Under the pieces are notes generated by a model. It had not been told where the DNA came from and ran no database searches. It worked only from the letters and a program-made list of their open reading frames with translations. Below, piece by piece: positions 32,005 to 47,149 of a DNA stretch of 64,000 nucleotides. Numbering within the stretch: the first letter of the stretch is position 1; each line of letters begins with the position of its first letter. The stretch is from the human T2T-CHM13v2.0 reference genome, Homo sapiens: the NCBI RefSeq assembly GCF_009914755.1, contig NC_060931.1. One strand, given 5' to 3'. The position numbers and the translations under genes are program-made.

Positions 32005-32169
32005 AGGGACATTAGAGTATACGAGCCAGAAAAATAAATTATAATGAGCTGTGTTAATTACTGCCCCATTTCAGTCCTGGACTCATCTAAATATCCTATC
32101 ATATAAAGAACAGATTTCAATGCTTTCAGTTTAACTTGAATGAAATAAAAAAGAGAAGAATGAAAAGAA

Positions 32170-32530
32170 TATAGTTAATATATACAATACAAATACACAG
32201 ATTAAACACTGAAGCTTTTTATTTTATATTTGTAAATACTCGAGAGAGCTCAGACAAAACCATTACACACAATGATCTTCACATTCATCAGTAGAAACTA
32301 ACACACTCAGGGACAGGAGCCACTCACTCCCCAGAAACTCCTGCATCAGTTGGCATTTCAGTACAATCCACTACAAGAAGTGGTTTGTTTAATACTACCG
32401 TGGATAAATAACAGCCAATTTCCCCTTGGAAAGGAGCTCAACCCACTTTCAAGCCCAATAACATGAACAACCATATCCTACAACTTCATATTTGCATCTC
32501 TTTGTTGGGGCAACTCCTAATACCAATTTC
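32170..32530 (-). mobile_element. Putative ERVL internal leader adjoining the LTR
   Basis: Reverse strand reads GAAATTGGTATTAGGAG directly after the LTR end, the ERVL/MaLR LTR-internal junction pattern. Confidence 0.4.
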
Positions 32531-33231
32531 TATATTAGGTCCATTCAGCAAACAGAAACCATACCAGTTATTCGAAAAGAGAAAACTTAATATAAATAAT
32601 CGTTAACTGGTTATCTGAAAGCCTAAAATGAGATCTCTAAAGTATCATAATTGTAGCAATTACAAAGAATAGTTAACAAATATGGAGTTGAAAGGATAGA
32701 TAAATTATATTTAAGTTATTAAAGTTTATAGGAAAGGACCCTAAGAAGCCAAGACTAAAACCTGTGATGAAGAGGTCCTGCACAGCTAATGTTGGTGTCT
32801 CCAATCTTGGAATCTTATAAGCCTGGAATCCTGACTTCTAAAAATAGGACACCAAGTTAGTTAGTGTTGGTCTCTCTAGGAGTGAGACAAAATGAAACTG
32901 ATTATGCAAGGGTTGGAAAAATGGCAAACCAGATGTAGCTGCTGGTGTAAGAAGAAATTTTTCCTGCTTGGGTAAAGAAACATTGCTGCAGTGACTCAAT
33001 GTTACAAGCAGATAAGGAGCTCACAGGATGCCGCAAAAAAAGGAACAAGAAAGTCCCTCTTCTTCCTCCAGGCTTGTAGTCTTTCTCTAGAGCATCTTTT
33101 GGGAAGAGCCAGTTATTGAGGCAGGTAGCAGGGCAGAAATGTGTTTTGCAGATATCTAATTTCAATATCACAAAACAGAGTCTAGAAGAGGGAGTATAGA
33201 GATGAAGACAATACCTTACTGAGCTGAATAC
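32531..33231 (-). mobile_element. ERVL LTR (LTR50-like)
   Basis: CAGAAACCATACCAGTTATT..AATATAAATAATCGTTAACT; CCTCCAGGCTTGTAGTCT..GCAGAAATGTGTTTTGCAG. Confidence 0.6.
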
Positions 33232-33569
33232 AACCCAGAGAATAAGAAAGAAACAGATTAGTGTCGGTAAGACAAATCTGAGAGTTTAGGTCCCATATTA
33301 GAGAGGATTTAGTGGTGCAACCCTTTTGGTTTAGGGTGAAACCCTCTACTGCAACAACATCAATGACAAAAGATTATTTCCAGCAGGCACTGTAGCCCAG
33401 TTTAGAATCATCTTGTTCTATAGAATGGCATTAAATCGTTTTCAGATTGCAACAGCCCAAAGTATTAATAGAGAACAAATAGAAATTGTGTCTGTAATAA
33501 GGTAATATCATCATTGGCATTTAATTATTTCTACAACAATTTTTGAAGAAAATACTTTTCAAAACATAA

Positions 33570-34972
<1,403 letters not shown>

Positions 34973-35049
34973 CCGAAAACTTTGCATAACAAGAACTGTA
35001 GAAAAAAAGAATACTATGCACAGCAGGAGACCAGTCACCACGAACACTA

Positions 35050-37780
35050 ACTAGAAGAACAAGCGAGTAATAAACACAGGCCAACAAGATTTTAAGATGG
35101 GAGTTAGTCAAAAACTGGAAAATTTATTCTTAAAATATTTAAAGAGATAAGCAAGACTGATAATTTTATTAGAGAACTGGAAATTATTTTTTGAGAAGAC
35201 CTTAGCATGTTTGAAAGAAAACCAAACATACATTCAAGAAATAAAATTGAAATAAGAACTCAGAAAATGGATTCAATGGCAGATTTAAATTCCCTGAAGG
35301 GAAAGTTGATGTGCTGCACAATATATCAGAAGAAAACTCTGAATTTAGCATAGCAATAAAATGAATAGGAAATACAGAAAACAATCAGAGAAAAAAGTAA
35401 GCTTTCATGTGTATAATTGGTGTTTCAAACTAAGAGGAGACATCTGAGCAAAAACAATTGTTAAAAAAATACATGGCTGGAAAATTTCCAAAGTAGATGA
35501 AAGACATCAAACCACACCTGCAAGGAAATCTTTAAGCCCCAAACAGAGTAAATGCAAAGAAAACCACACTTAAGCACATCTTACCACAACTACTGAAAAT
35601 ACAATGACAAAGGACATGTAAAAAGTAATGAAAGGAAAACAAGGAAAATTGCCTTCATAAAAGATTTGACTTCTCAACAATATAACCTGAAAATTATCCT
35701 TAATTAAGTTTTAAAAAGCCAACAGAAAATAGACACCCAGAGTTATTTCTAAAAGTAGAAAAAATTACCCCCAAAATATAACTAAATGTTATATTTTGAA
35801 TATTCCTTGAGAAAGGAATGCGGTGTAATGAGGATGTTAATTGTAATCATAAATATGAATAAATACTGGCTTTATCAAGCAATAATAGTAATATAATCAA
35901 AATTAGTAGCCCCAACATAAGTAATAAGTCAAAGGAAATAAACGGATTATAATGTTCTAGGATCTCTTACTGTCAGAAAAGAGGCAAATGTACCAATTAA
36001 CACAGTTAACAAGAGACATTTATATGTCAGTGACACATATTGTAATTCCAGAGTAAACATACAAAGACCATCAAAAGTTCTTAAGTAGCAAACAGAGAAT
36101 ATTGAGAATAATAAAATCATCAAATAAAATGAGGCTAGAAAAAAATGGAAAAGAAATAAAAACAAAGCAGAAACTCCAGAAATAGTGTACTAAGATATAT
36201 ATTTAAAGAAAAGTTATCAGTATTTATATTACGTGAGTGAGTTAAAATGTCCAATTAAAATGAAGCATTATCACACTGAAAAAATGTATACATTGTTTAG
36301 AAAGGAAATAAGCAAAATATTCAAACACATAAAAGTAGGAAACTCTCTGGAAAAAAAAATACACCATATAAAAAAGTAAACAAAACAGGGCTTGTAGCTA
36401 TACTAATATTCAACAAAGTGAACTTTAAGCTAAAAAGATTTCCAAAGATAAAAATTAATATTTTACAATAACAAATATCAATTAATTCAGGATGTTAAAT
36501 TAATTACTCTTAAAATATATAAAACAAGTAAAAAGATACATGCTTGTTGGTCAGAGTCTAGAAAATTTCAATTTGATAGAAGGAATAAGTTCAAGAGATG
36601 TGCTGTGCAAGATGTTGACTATAGTAAATAACAATGTATTGTATTCTTGAAAATCTTTAAGAGAGAAAAAATACATATCAAAGAGTTACATAAATGTATA
36701 ATTATACCAGGAGATTTTTCCCACATTTCTGTCAGTATAACTGACTGACACAGAAAACAGTAAGGCTGTAAAAAATTTGAACATCATTGAATACATGGAT
36801 CATAAAGCTATATAGAATACTCAGCTAACATGTAGAGAAAACACATGCTTCCTAATGGACATGGAACATTACCAAATGCTGGCCCATAAAGAAAATCTCA
36901 ACAAATTTTATATGATTTAAATTGTGTTCTTTGACGTCAGAGGAATTAAGTTAGAAATCAGTAACAAAAAGAAAACTAGAAATTAAAAATTAAGCAACAT
37001 ACTTCTAAGTAATCTAAATCTGAAAAATATGTCCAGTATTATCATTGGAAAAATGCAAATTATATTTGTAATGAGATACCACCACACCCCATCAGAATTG
37101 CTGAAGTTAAAGATTGACAATATTTAATTTGAAGGCGACGTGCAGTAACTGGAATTTTCATACATACTGTTAGGAGTGTAAATGAGTGTAATGTTGGTCC
37201 TCTGTTTGGCAGTAAGCACTAAAGCTCAAAATACATGGCTTTTCACTCAACGATTCTAATTCTGGGTATAGAAGACTGCATAAGTGCACCAAAAAAGATA
37301 GACAAGAATGTACACTATAGCATTGTTCATAATAGCAAAATTTAAAACAAACTTATATATCCCTATGACTACATAGTGTACTTATAGAAAGGAAACTGAG
37401 CAAATGATAACTATACACAAAATGTGGATGAATCTTACAAACATAAAGTTGAGCAAGATATTTCAGACACAACAGAGTATACGATATCGGATCTCATTTA
37501 TATTAATATAAAGTTCAAACACAGTGAAAACTTGACTATAGTTGTAGAAGTCACGATAGGAATTACATTGTGAGTGAAGCGGAGGGATTAAGATGGAATG
37601 TAGGGACTGGGAGATAGTATGGAGAGAGAGACTTCTGGAGTACTAGATATGCTCTATTTTCTGATTTGAGTGATTGTTACGTGGCCTTGTTCACCGTATG
37701 AAACTTCATCTATGTGACAGTCTTTATGTACCTATGTTTACTTATGTTATACCTAATTTAAATAGTTTTCTTTTTTAAAA
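35050..37780 (+). mobile_element. Old L1ME-like element: fragmented ORF1, ORF2 and 3' end
   Basis: ORF1-like GAAAATTTCCAAAGTAGATGAAAGACATCAAACCAC; endonuclease-like TAGCTATACTAATAT and GGAATTAAGTTAGAAATCAGTAACA; 3' ATGAGATACCACCACACCCCATCAGAAT. Confidence 0.75.
36545..36665 (+). mobile_element. Tail-less L1MA 3'UTR fragment inserted in the L1ME
   Basis: Closely resembles the reverse complement of 45403-45519 (GGAATAAGTTCAAGAGAT..GACTATAGT.AATAACAAT). Confidence 0.7.
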
Positions 37781-38389
37781 AAGTCAAGTTGAGGAGAAAA
37801 TAGTGGAACATGAGAACAACAGTGGATATATACATCCTGCCAAAAAATTAAATTAAACCATGCGGTAAAGTTCTCTGCCCTCCAGCCAGCCCTTTACCTG
37901 TAATATGCAGGCCATCTAAATGTAGCTGAACAACATTGGCATACTCAAAAGTACTGAAATGAACAGTATATCCAGAAAGCCAGGGAATCGGGATAAAAAA
38001 GTGGCATAGTCTGAGACATAATGTCTTTGTGACTAATGGTGACAGCAGTGGATATCAGAAAGAGATAGTAGCATTGTTCTCCAAATTAACAGCTTGGCCT
38101 TGTTTAGGACTTACTCTATCAGCAGAGAATAGGTTGGACTTAGACCATAGTTTAGGGCAATAAAGACCAAAAAAAAACAAACAAACAAGGCAGCAGTTGT
38201 TACCTTATGTGTTTGTATTCTTATGTCATCATTATGTCCCTAACACATAAAATTTTGATGAAAATAATCTTTCAACAAATGTTTGCTCATTTGAGTTGTT
38301 TATAATTAACAGAAATAACAGTTCTTACTAGAATTTGGGGGCCCTTGGTAGTTGATGTATTCAATCAACTAGTTGATGTATTCCATCTT

Positions 38390-41300
38390 AGAAGAGGAAA
38401 ATCAAGTTGTCCAAACAAGACTCCACTGATTGACAACCCTGTCCCTTGGAGGATCACTAAATTTAACAACAATCTACACAAAACAAAAGCACCTTTATAA
38501 AAAACAAAAATTAGGTGAGCACTCACAGTACTTGGCTTTAACTTTATATCACTGAAAAAGGCACTGAAGAGGATAGGAAAGATAGCCCTGAATTGCCTAC
38601 AGTACCGTTCTCCCATCCCCAGGCAGTGGCTACATGGTGCTGACAGAGAATCTCTGTGCCTGAGACAGGGAGAGTGCAATAATTGTGAGATTCTGCACTG
38701 AACTCAGTGCTGTCCTATCACAAGCAAAACCAAGCTGAATTCAGCTAATGCCTACCCACAGAGGGAGCATTTAGTCCAGACCTATCTAATATGTCTGGCA
38801 ACAGACTTTTCAGTGGAAACTTTATAAGTCAGGAGAGAGTGGCATCACATATTTATTGTGCTGAAGGAAAAAACCTTTTACCAATGAATAGCATATCTGA
38901 TTAAAGTAATCCTTCACACATGAAGGAGAAATAAAGACTTTCACAGACAAACAAGAGCTGAGGGATTTTATCAACACCAAACCTGTCCTACAAGAAATGC
39001 TAAAGGGAATACTTCAATCAGAAAGAAAAAAAAAAAAAAGGTTAATGAGCAATAAGAAATAATCTGTAGGTTCAAAACTCCCTGGTAATAGTAAGTACAC
39101 AGAAAAACACAGAATATTATAACACTGTAACTGTGGTGAGTAAACTACTCTTATCTTAGATAGAAAGACTAAAAGATGAACCAATACAAAATAAATAACT
39201 ACAACAACTTTTCAAGACGTGGAAAGTAAAACGAGATATAAATAGAAATTATAAAAAGTTAAAACGCAGGAGGAAGAAGTTCAGTTGTCAAGTTTCTGTT
39301 AGCTTTCTTTTTGCTGGTTTGCTTATGCAAACAGTGTTAAGTTGTTATCAGCTGAAATAGTGAGTTATAACATAGTATTTGAAAGCCTCATGATAACCTC
39401 AAATCAAAAATTATACAACAAATATACAAAGAACAAAAAACAAGAAATTAAATCATACCACCAGAGAAAGTCACCTTCAATAAAAAAGAAGACAAGAAGA
39501 AAGAGAACACCTCAAAACAACCAGGAAACAAATAACAAAATGGCAGAAATCCTCAATTATCAATAATAACACTGAATGTAAATGAACTAAACTCTCCAAT
39601 CAAATTACATTTAGTGGTTGAATGATTCCAAAAAATAAGACCTAATGATCTGTTTCCAACAAGAAAAACACTTCACTTATAAAGACACATGTAGACTGAA
39701 AATACAGAGATGAAGATATTCCATGCCAAAGGAAACCAAGACAAAGCAGAAGTAGCTGTACTTATATCAGAAAACATAAATTTCAAGATAAAAACCATAA
39801 GAAGAGACAAAAAAGGTCATTATATAATGATAAAGGGGTCAATTTAGCAAGAGGATATAACAATTGTAAATATATATATGCACCCAACACTGGAGCACCA
39901 AATATATGAAGCAAATATTATTAGAGCTAAAGATAAAGATAAATCCCTATACAATAATAGCTGGAGACTTCAACACACCACTTTCAGAATTGGAAAGGTT
40001 TTCCAGACAGAATATCAAAACAGAAACATCAGTCTTAATCTGCACTGTAGACAAAATGGACCTAATAGATATTTACAGAACATTTTATCCAATGACTACA
40101 GAAGACATTCTTTTCCTCAGCACATGGATTATTCCCAATAACAGATCATATGTTAGGTTACAAAACAAATCTTACAACATTCAATAAAATTGAAATAATA
40201 TCAAGCATCTTCTCTGACAACGATGGAATAAAACTAAAAGTCAATAACAAGAAGAATTTTGGGAACTATACACATACATGGAAATTAAACAATATGCTCC
40301 TGACTGACCAGTCAATGAAGAAATTAAGAAGGGAATTGAAATTGTCTTGAAACAAATGATAAATGGAAACACAACATACCAAAACCTATGGGATACAGCA
40401 AAAGCAGTACTAACAGGAAAGTTTACAGTTATAAGCACCTACATCAAAAAAGAAATATTTATGCAAAATCCTCAACAAAATACTAGCAAACCAAAATCAA
40501 CGACACGTTAAAAAATTATTCATCCTGAACAAGTGGGATTTATCCCAGGCATGCAAGAATAGCTCAACATACACAAATCAATGTGATAGAGCATATCAAC
40601 ACAATGAAGAACAAAATCCATATGATGATTTCAACTGACGCAGAAAATTCAGTATTCCTTCATGACAAAAAAAAAGAAGAAAAACCCTAAAAACCCTTGG
40701 TGTAGAAAGAACATACTTCAACATAATAAAAGCCACATGCAACAGACCCATAGCTAGTATCATACTGAATGAGAAAAATCTGAAGCCTGTCTTCTAAGAT
40801 CTGGAACATGACAAGTATGCCCACTTTTATCACTGTTATTCAACATAGCAGTGGAAGTCTCAGCTAGAGCAATCAGACTTAAAAAAGAAATAAGGGACAT
40901 TCGAGCTGGAAAGGACGAAATCAAATTATCCTTGTTTGCAGAGGTTATGATCTTGTATTTGGAAAAATCCTATGACACCACCTAGCAATTGTTGAAACTG
41001 ATAAACAAATTCAGTAAAATTGCAGGATATAAAATCAACATAAATCAGTAGCATTTCTCAATGCCAATAGCAAACAATCTGAAAAAGAAATCAATAAAAT
41101 AATCCCATTTACAATAGCTATGGATAAAATAAAATACCTAGGAATTAACTGAACCAAAGACATGAAAGATCTCCACAATAAAAAGTATAAAACATTGATG
41201 CAAAAAATTGAAGAGGACACAAAAAAGGAAAGATATTCCATGTTCATGGATTGGAATAATTAATATTATTTAAATGTCCATATGACCCAAAGCAATCTAC

Positions 41301-42994
41301 AGATTCAATACAATTCCTACAAAAAACTAATTACATTCTTCACAGAAATAAAAAAATTCTAAAATTTATATAGAGACCCAGAATAGCCAAGACTATCCTA
41401 AGCAAAAAGAATAAAACTAGAGGAGTCACATACGTAACTTCAAATTATTCTGCAGAGCTACAATATCAAAAAAGGCCTGGTAATGCCATAAAAATAGACA
41501 CACAGATGAGGGGAAAAGAATAGAGAACCCAGAAATAAATTCATACATCTAAGGTGGACTCATTTTTGACAAAAGTGCCAAGAACATACATTGGGGAAAG
41601 GACAGTTTCTTCAACAAATGGGAAAACTGCATATCCATATGCCGAAGAATGAAACTAGACCCCTATCTCTCACCATATGTAAAAATCAAATGATAATGGA
41701 TTAGAGACTTAAATCTAAGGCTGAAAACTATGAAACTACTGAAAGAAAACATTGGGGAAACTCTCCAGGACATTGGACTGGCCTTGTAGAGTATTCTTGA
41801 GTAATACTTTACAAGCACAGGCAACCAAAACCAAAATGGAAAAAATGGGAGCACATGAAGTTTAAAAAAAACTTCGTATGGCAAAGGAAACAATCAACAA
41901 AGTGAAGAGACAACCCACAGAATGGGAGGAAATATTTGCAAACTACCTATGTGGCAAAGGATTAATAGCCAGAATATATAAGGAGTTTAAACAACTGTAT
42001 AGGAAAAAAATCTAATAATCCAATTCTAATTAATAAATGGGTAAAAGATCTGAATAGACATTTCTCAAAAGAAGACATACAATTGGCAAACAAGTACATG
42101 ACAAGGTATTCAACATCACTGGTCATCAGAGAGATGCAAATTACAACTACAGTGAAATATCATATTATCCCATTTAAAATGTCTTTTATCCAAAAGACAG
42201 GCAGTAACAAATGTTGACAAGGATGTAGAGAAAAGAGAACCCTAGTACACTGTTGGTGGGAATGTAAATTAGTATAACTATGGAGAGGAATTTAGAGGTT
42301 CCTCAAAAAACTAAGAATAGAACTACCATATGATCCAGCAATCCCATGGCTGAATATATACCCAAAAGAAAGGAAATCAGAATATTAAAGAGGTATCTGC
42401 ACTCTCATATATATTGCAGCACTATTCAAAATAGCCAAGATTTGAAGTCAACCTGCGTGTTCATCAACAGAAGAATGGATAAAGAAAATGTGGCACTTAT
42501 ACACAATGGAGTACTACTCAGCCATAGAAGGAATAAGATCATGTCATTTGCAACAACATGGATGGAACTGGAGGTCATCATGTTAATTCAGGCACAGAAA
42601 GACAAACTTTGCATGTTCTTGCTTATTTGTGGGAGCTAAACATTAAACTCATGGAGACAGAGAGTAGAAGGATGTTTGCCAGAGGCTGTGAGGTGGGTAG
42701 GGAAGAAGGTGGGGACCGTTAACAAGTGAAAAAAAAAATAGAAAGAATGGATATGACCTAGTATTTGCTAGCACAACAGGGTGACTATAGTCAAAAATAA
42801 TTTAATTGTACATTTAAAAATAACTGAAAGAGTATAACTAGATTGTTGGTAACACAAAGGATAAATGTTTGAGGTGATGAATATCCCCATTTACCCTAAT
42901 GTGATTATTAAACATGCCTGTATCAAAATATCTCATATAACCCGTAAATATATACACCTATTATGTACCCAGAAAAATTAAAAATTAAAAAAAA
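38390..42994 (+). mobile_element. L1MA1-3-like element: 5'UTR, ORF1 end, ORF2 and 3'UTR, with two large internal deletions
   Basis: L1M-type 5' end; CAGACTTTTCAGTGGAAAC (ORF1); IIAGDFNTPLS..MDLIDIYRTFYP (endonuclease); IMSFATTWMELE (C-terminus); tail ATGTACCCAGAAAAATTAAAAATTAAAAAAAA. Confidence 0.92.
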
Positions 42995-43369
42995 GTTTAG
43001 ATAGACAGTTATCCTTCTTGGTAGCAGAGAGTCTAACAAAGTGTTTAATTGATTTGATGATGTGGTACATTTTGCATTGCACATATACACACCTATGAAG
43101 AGATTGTAAGCATTCAATTACCTGTAGAAAAACTAATGTTATTCTCTATACGTTTAGAGACAACTGCTTTTCATTTAAAACCATTGATTAAATCTTTTGC
43201 AATTACCTAGCTTTATTCTAGAGGTTTCTTAGGCTGACATTTAAAAACTTTTCTGCCATTATTGTCCTATCAGCAACAAAGCAGCTTTGAACCAATACGT
43301 TCTATGATAGTCACAATTGTCTATCGTCTGTTCCCTGTCAATGCTGTTGTTTCCCTGGCAGTATCTGCT

Positions 43370-43720
43370 ACTGCAAAAGCCTTCCCATCTACTTCCTTCT
43401 TATCTACCAAGGCCCACATGTGCTTCCAGAATTTGTCTCCATCCTTGCAGTCCTAGGTCACATTTTGCCTGCTCTAAGAAGTTTCCTCACTCCTCCAGCC
43501 TCTACTCCTCCCCACCTAACACAATCATAATTGATCCCTTACTTCCAGACTTTCCTCTAGGATCTTAAGTGGCACATTATTGTTAAACATTTTTCATAGC
43601 CCTCCTATCGTTTACCTATGTTTGTGGTTATCTGCCTTTCTAAATTGTGAGACGCTAAGTCCTTGTCTTAGTTAATTTTGAGTTTCCCTCTGCATCAGAG
43701 CACGTTTTATGTGTGCCATA
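43370..43720 (+). mobile_element. L2 3' fragment
   Basis: CCATCCTTGCAGTCCTAGGTCACATTTTGCCTGCTCTAAGAAGTTTCC; highly diverged. Confidence 0.45.
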
Positions 43721-44899
43721 AAATTTGGTCTAATGTCTTTGGCTTAGCTTGTTTGAACTTCTTATAGTTCCAAACACATATTTTGGATTACTCCGGGAAG
43801 TATAATGCCTTATACCTATATCTGCCATAAATATCTCCATTCAATTTTCCCCCCATTTCTTCACTGGACAACGTTCACAGTTGGCCAGGAGCCCAACTAC
43901 TGAGAGATCTTCTTTACCAACATATGGCTGAACTGAATGATTGCGCTGGACTTGAGTATGCTCATTTAAGTCTAATGAGGTCCATAGAGGTGACTGTATG
44001 ACTCATAACATGAAGTCATTTTTCCAATTAGCATTCTGACAAATGCATTAGAAAGAGAGCCCTTTCAATAGATTTCCACAGCTGCTGAAGGGATCAGGTG
44101 TCAGAAGATTTTCAGCTTTGTTCGGCTGTTCTGGTCAAATAACTTATTTTTACCCAGACTTTGCCACTTGATGCAGCTGGCAGTGATCATATGTCATCTG
44201 AGCCTGAGCCCAGTTTAAAAATGGTCCTGTTACAGTGATAGAACTTAAGAAATTTCAGGAGGGATCAGCTGTAACTTTTGATTGACTCATTAGTCTTTTT
44301 TAAAAATGAGGTTATTTCCAGATAGTATAATACAAAAAAAATTTTTAAAAACAACCCCATTCATGAGGATTAGCACTTGGTATAGAACATGTATTTCCAA
44401 GCATAATAAAAAGGACTACAGACCCTGATATTACCCTACAATAACACCTAATTCAACTTTGGCCTTCCACCACCTTTGTATTCAAAGTCAACACATAACA
44501 TCTCATTTGCATACAAAGAAGAAAGGATTTTAAAATCAACAGCCCTTCTCCAAGCCAATCAACTGCACTGATTTATAGGGATTCTCTTTTGAGTGAGTCA
44601 CTGAGGTACTGGCCTCCATTCAACAATATTTGATATTCAAGAATGTATGTTAGTATCTTAGAGAAACTTGGATTATGTACATTTAAAAATAAAGATAATC
44701 CTTAGATGGAAGTTTTCTAAACAATTAGGACATTCTAGATTATCTGCAGAAGTTCGGATATCATCTCTCAAGAAATTGGATGTTGCTCTATTTGTTACAG
44801 GACTATTAAAATGTATTTATTTTATCTTGAATGACAAGTATAATTACAAAATTAAAATGGAGTCTTTTTTAATAATAGGAATTTTTGACTATGATATTA

Positions 44900-45015
44900 T
44901 AGTTGGAAAATTAAACTTCACTCAGTATCAGAGATAATTTTGTAAAGCATTTAGTAGAGTGCCTGACAGTTAATACATACAATAGAAAGAAACTACTGTT
45001 ATTATGTTATGATTT
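44900..45015 (+). mobile_element. MIR 3' fragment
   Basis: GAGATAATTTTGTAAAGCATTTAGTAGAGTGCCTGACA. Confidence 0.65.
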
Positions 45016-45231
45016 GTTACTGTTAAAATAAGTTTTCTAAGTAATTCGAATATAAATTACAAAACAAGTCAACATTGTTTTCTTCCTCTCTTTTAGTTCA
45101 TCAAAGTGAAGTTCTTATGTTTTCCAGAATATTTTTAGCAACTTTGCTATTTACTGTGTTTTTTTCATTCATGTCAGGAACTTCATATTTATGTTATTTT
45201 TAGGTTTATTTTGAAGTATTTTGATATTTTA

Positions 45232-45967
45232 ATTTTTTAAACTTAATTCTACTTAAATTGACAAACAAAACTGCATTTATTTATCACATACAACATGATG
45301 TTTTGACATATATACACATTATGAAATGGCTAAATCAAGCTGATTAGTATATGCATTACCTTATTACTTAGCATTTTTGTCAGGAGAACACTTAAAATCT
45401 ACTCTCTTAGCATTTGTAAAGAAGGCAGTATATTGTTATTAACTATAGTCACCATGGTTGTACAATAGATCTCTTGAACTTATTCCTCCTATCCGACTGA
45501 AATTTTGTATCTTTTGACCAGCATTTTCCCAAGCCCAACTCAGCAACCCCTGCCCCTCAGCCCCTGATAACCACCATTCTACTCTCTACATCTATGAATT
45601 CAATTTTTTTAGATTCCATGCATAAATAAGATGGTGCAGTATTTGTCTTGTTATGCCTGGCTTATTTCACTTAGCAGTATCTGCCAGGTTCATCCATGTT
45701 GAAGCAAATGACAAGACTGCATTTTGTTTTAGCCTGAATAACATTGTATTGTGTATACATACCACATTTTCTTTACTCATCCATCCATCAATGGACACTT
45801 AGGTTGATTCCATATCTCAGCTATTGTTAATAATGCTATAATTAACATAAGAGTGCAGATATCTTTTAAAAATATTTAATTCATTTCCTTCAGGTATATA
45901 TCCAGTAGTAGGATTGCTAGATCATATGGTTGTTCTACTTTTCAATTTTTTGGAGAACTCCCATATT
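45232..45967 (-). mobile_element. 5'-truncated L1MA6-8-like 3' end
   Basis: TACAACATGATGTTTTGA..AATGGCTAAATCAAGC..ATGGACACTTAGGTTGATTCCATATCT..GGATTGCTAGATCATATGG. Confidence 0.9.
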
Positions 45968-47149
45968 CAGTTGATTTTAAGTAGCGTTCAGTATTTTCAT
46001 GAACCTGTATGGGTTGCTTTACAAGAACATTCTCCCAAAAGAAAAAAAAAATTTAATCTTTTTAAATTTTTAAACTTTTAAAAATTCAAGCTAACTAAAT
46101 TTTATTTATTATTTCACTCACAAAAATACATGGCTCATTCATAAAACTTTAGAGAGAATTATGACTGCATTTTATATTCTAAAAGAAGTAAATTCAAAAA
46201 TTATGGTAATTTTATTGGCATGACAGATAAGAATAAATACAAAAGATGGGTAAATAACTTTTTAAAAGATGTGATACTCAAAAACCAGAAAACTTATTTC
46301 CTTGAGTATAATTCAACAAGAAAATGGCTTCCAGTACTCTTTTTCAGGATAAAAATCTCCACATTAAATTTAACCCCATCACCGGTAATATCATTTAGAC
46401 ATTTGTTTTCAGGCATTTCTGTTCCTTAGTTTGATTTTGTTTTGTCACTAAAATCACATTTCTAAATATTTAATGCATTTTACCTGCCTGAATCATGTTC
46501 CCTTTTCTCAGGATTTACAGCAGAGTGCTATAGATATTTATTAATTTTTCAAAGAATACCTATGTGTGGGAAAGAAAAATCAAATTAATCAGTATATTTC
46601 TCATAAAATGATGTGTGTTCTCTAGAATTAAATATGGGATTGAAACTTAAGACTACTGTTCCTATGAATATCAAAATACTCCAATCTGCTACCATTTTGC
46701 CTCCCCCAGAATAAAACATTTTAATCAATTATAATGTTTAAAAATCTGTTTATGAATAATTTTAGGATGATTATTTATCTGGCCCTATTATGCATAAGAA
46801 AATGAGTAAGTCTACTGGGAACAGAAAAGAGGAAATGGAATAAATATGAAGCAAAAATAATTTGTTTTAAAGAAAGGATAAGGCAAAATTTGATCTCTAT
46901 GTTTCAAAAGTTCATTCAGCACAGACTTCATTTAATTTTAAAAATACAAAAATGTGGTTGTCACACTTCAATTCGCATTTAAGACAAATGGTTATTCACA
47001 TCAAAATACATAATGATGAGCTGAAAGTGAATTTTCTTTTGCCTCTTATGGAATCTAAACTGTTTCAGGTACAACAGAATACCTATGAAGCTATACTGAC
47101 AATGTTGAAACATTTTTCTGATGACAATATCAGCTACATTGAGGCCCAC

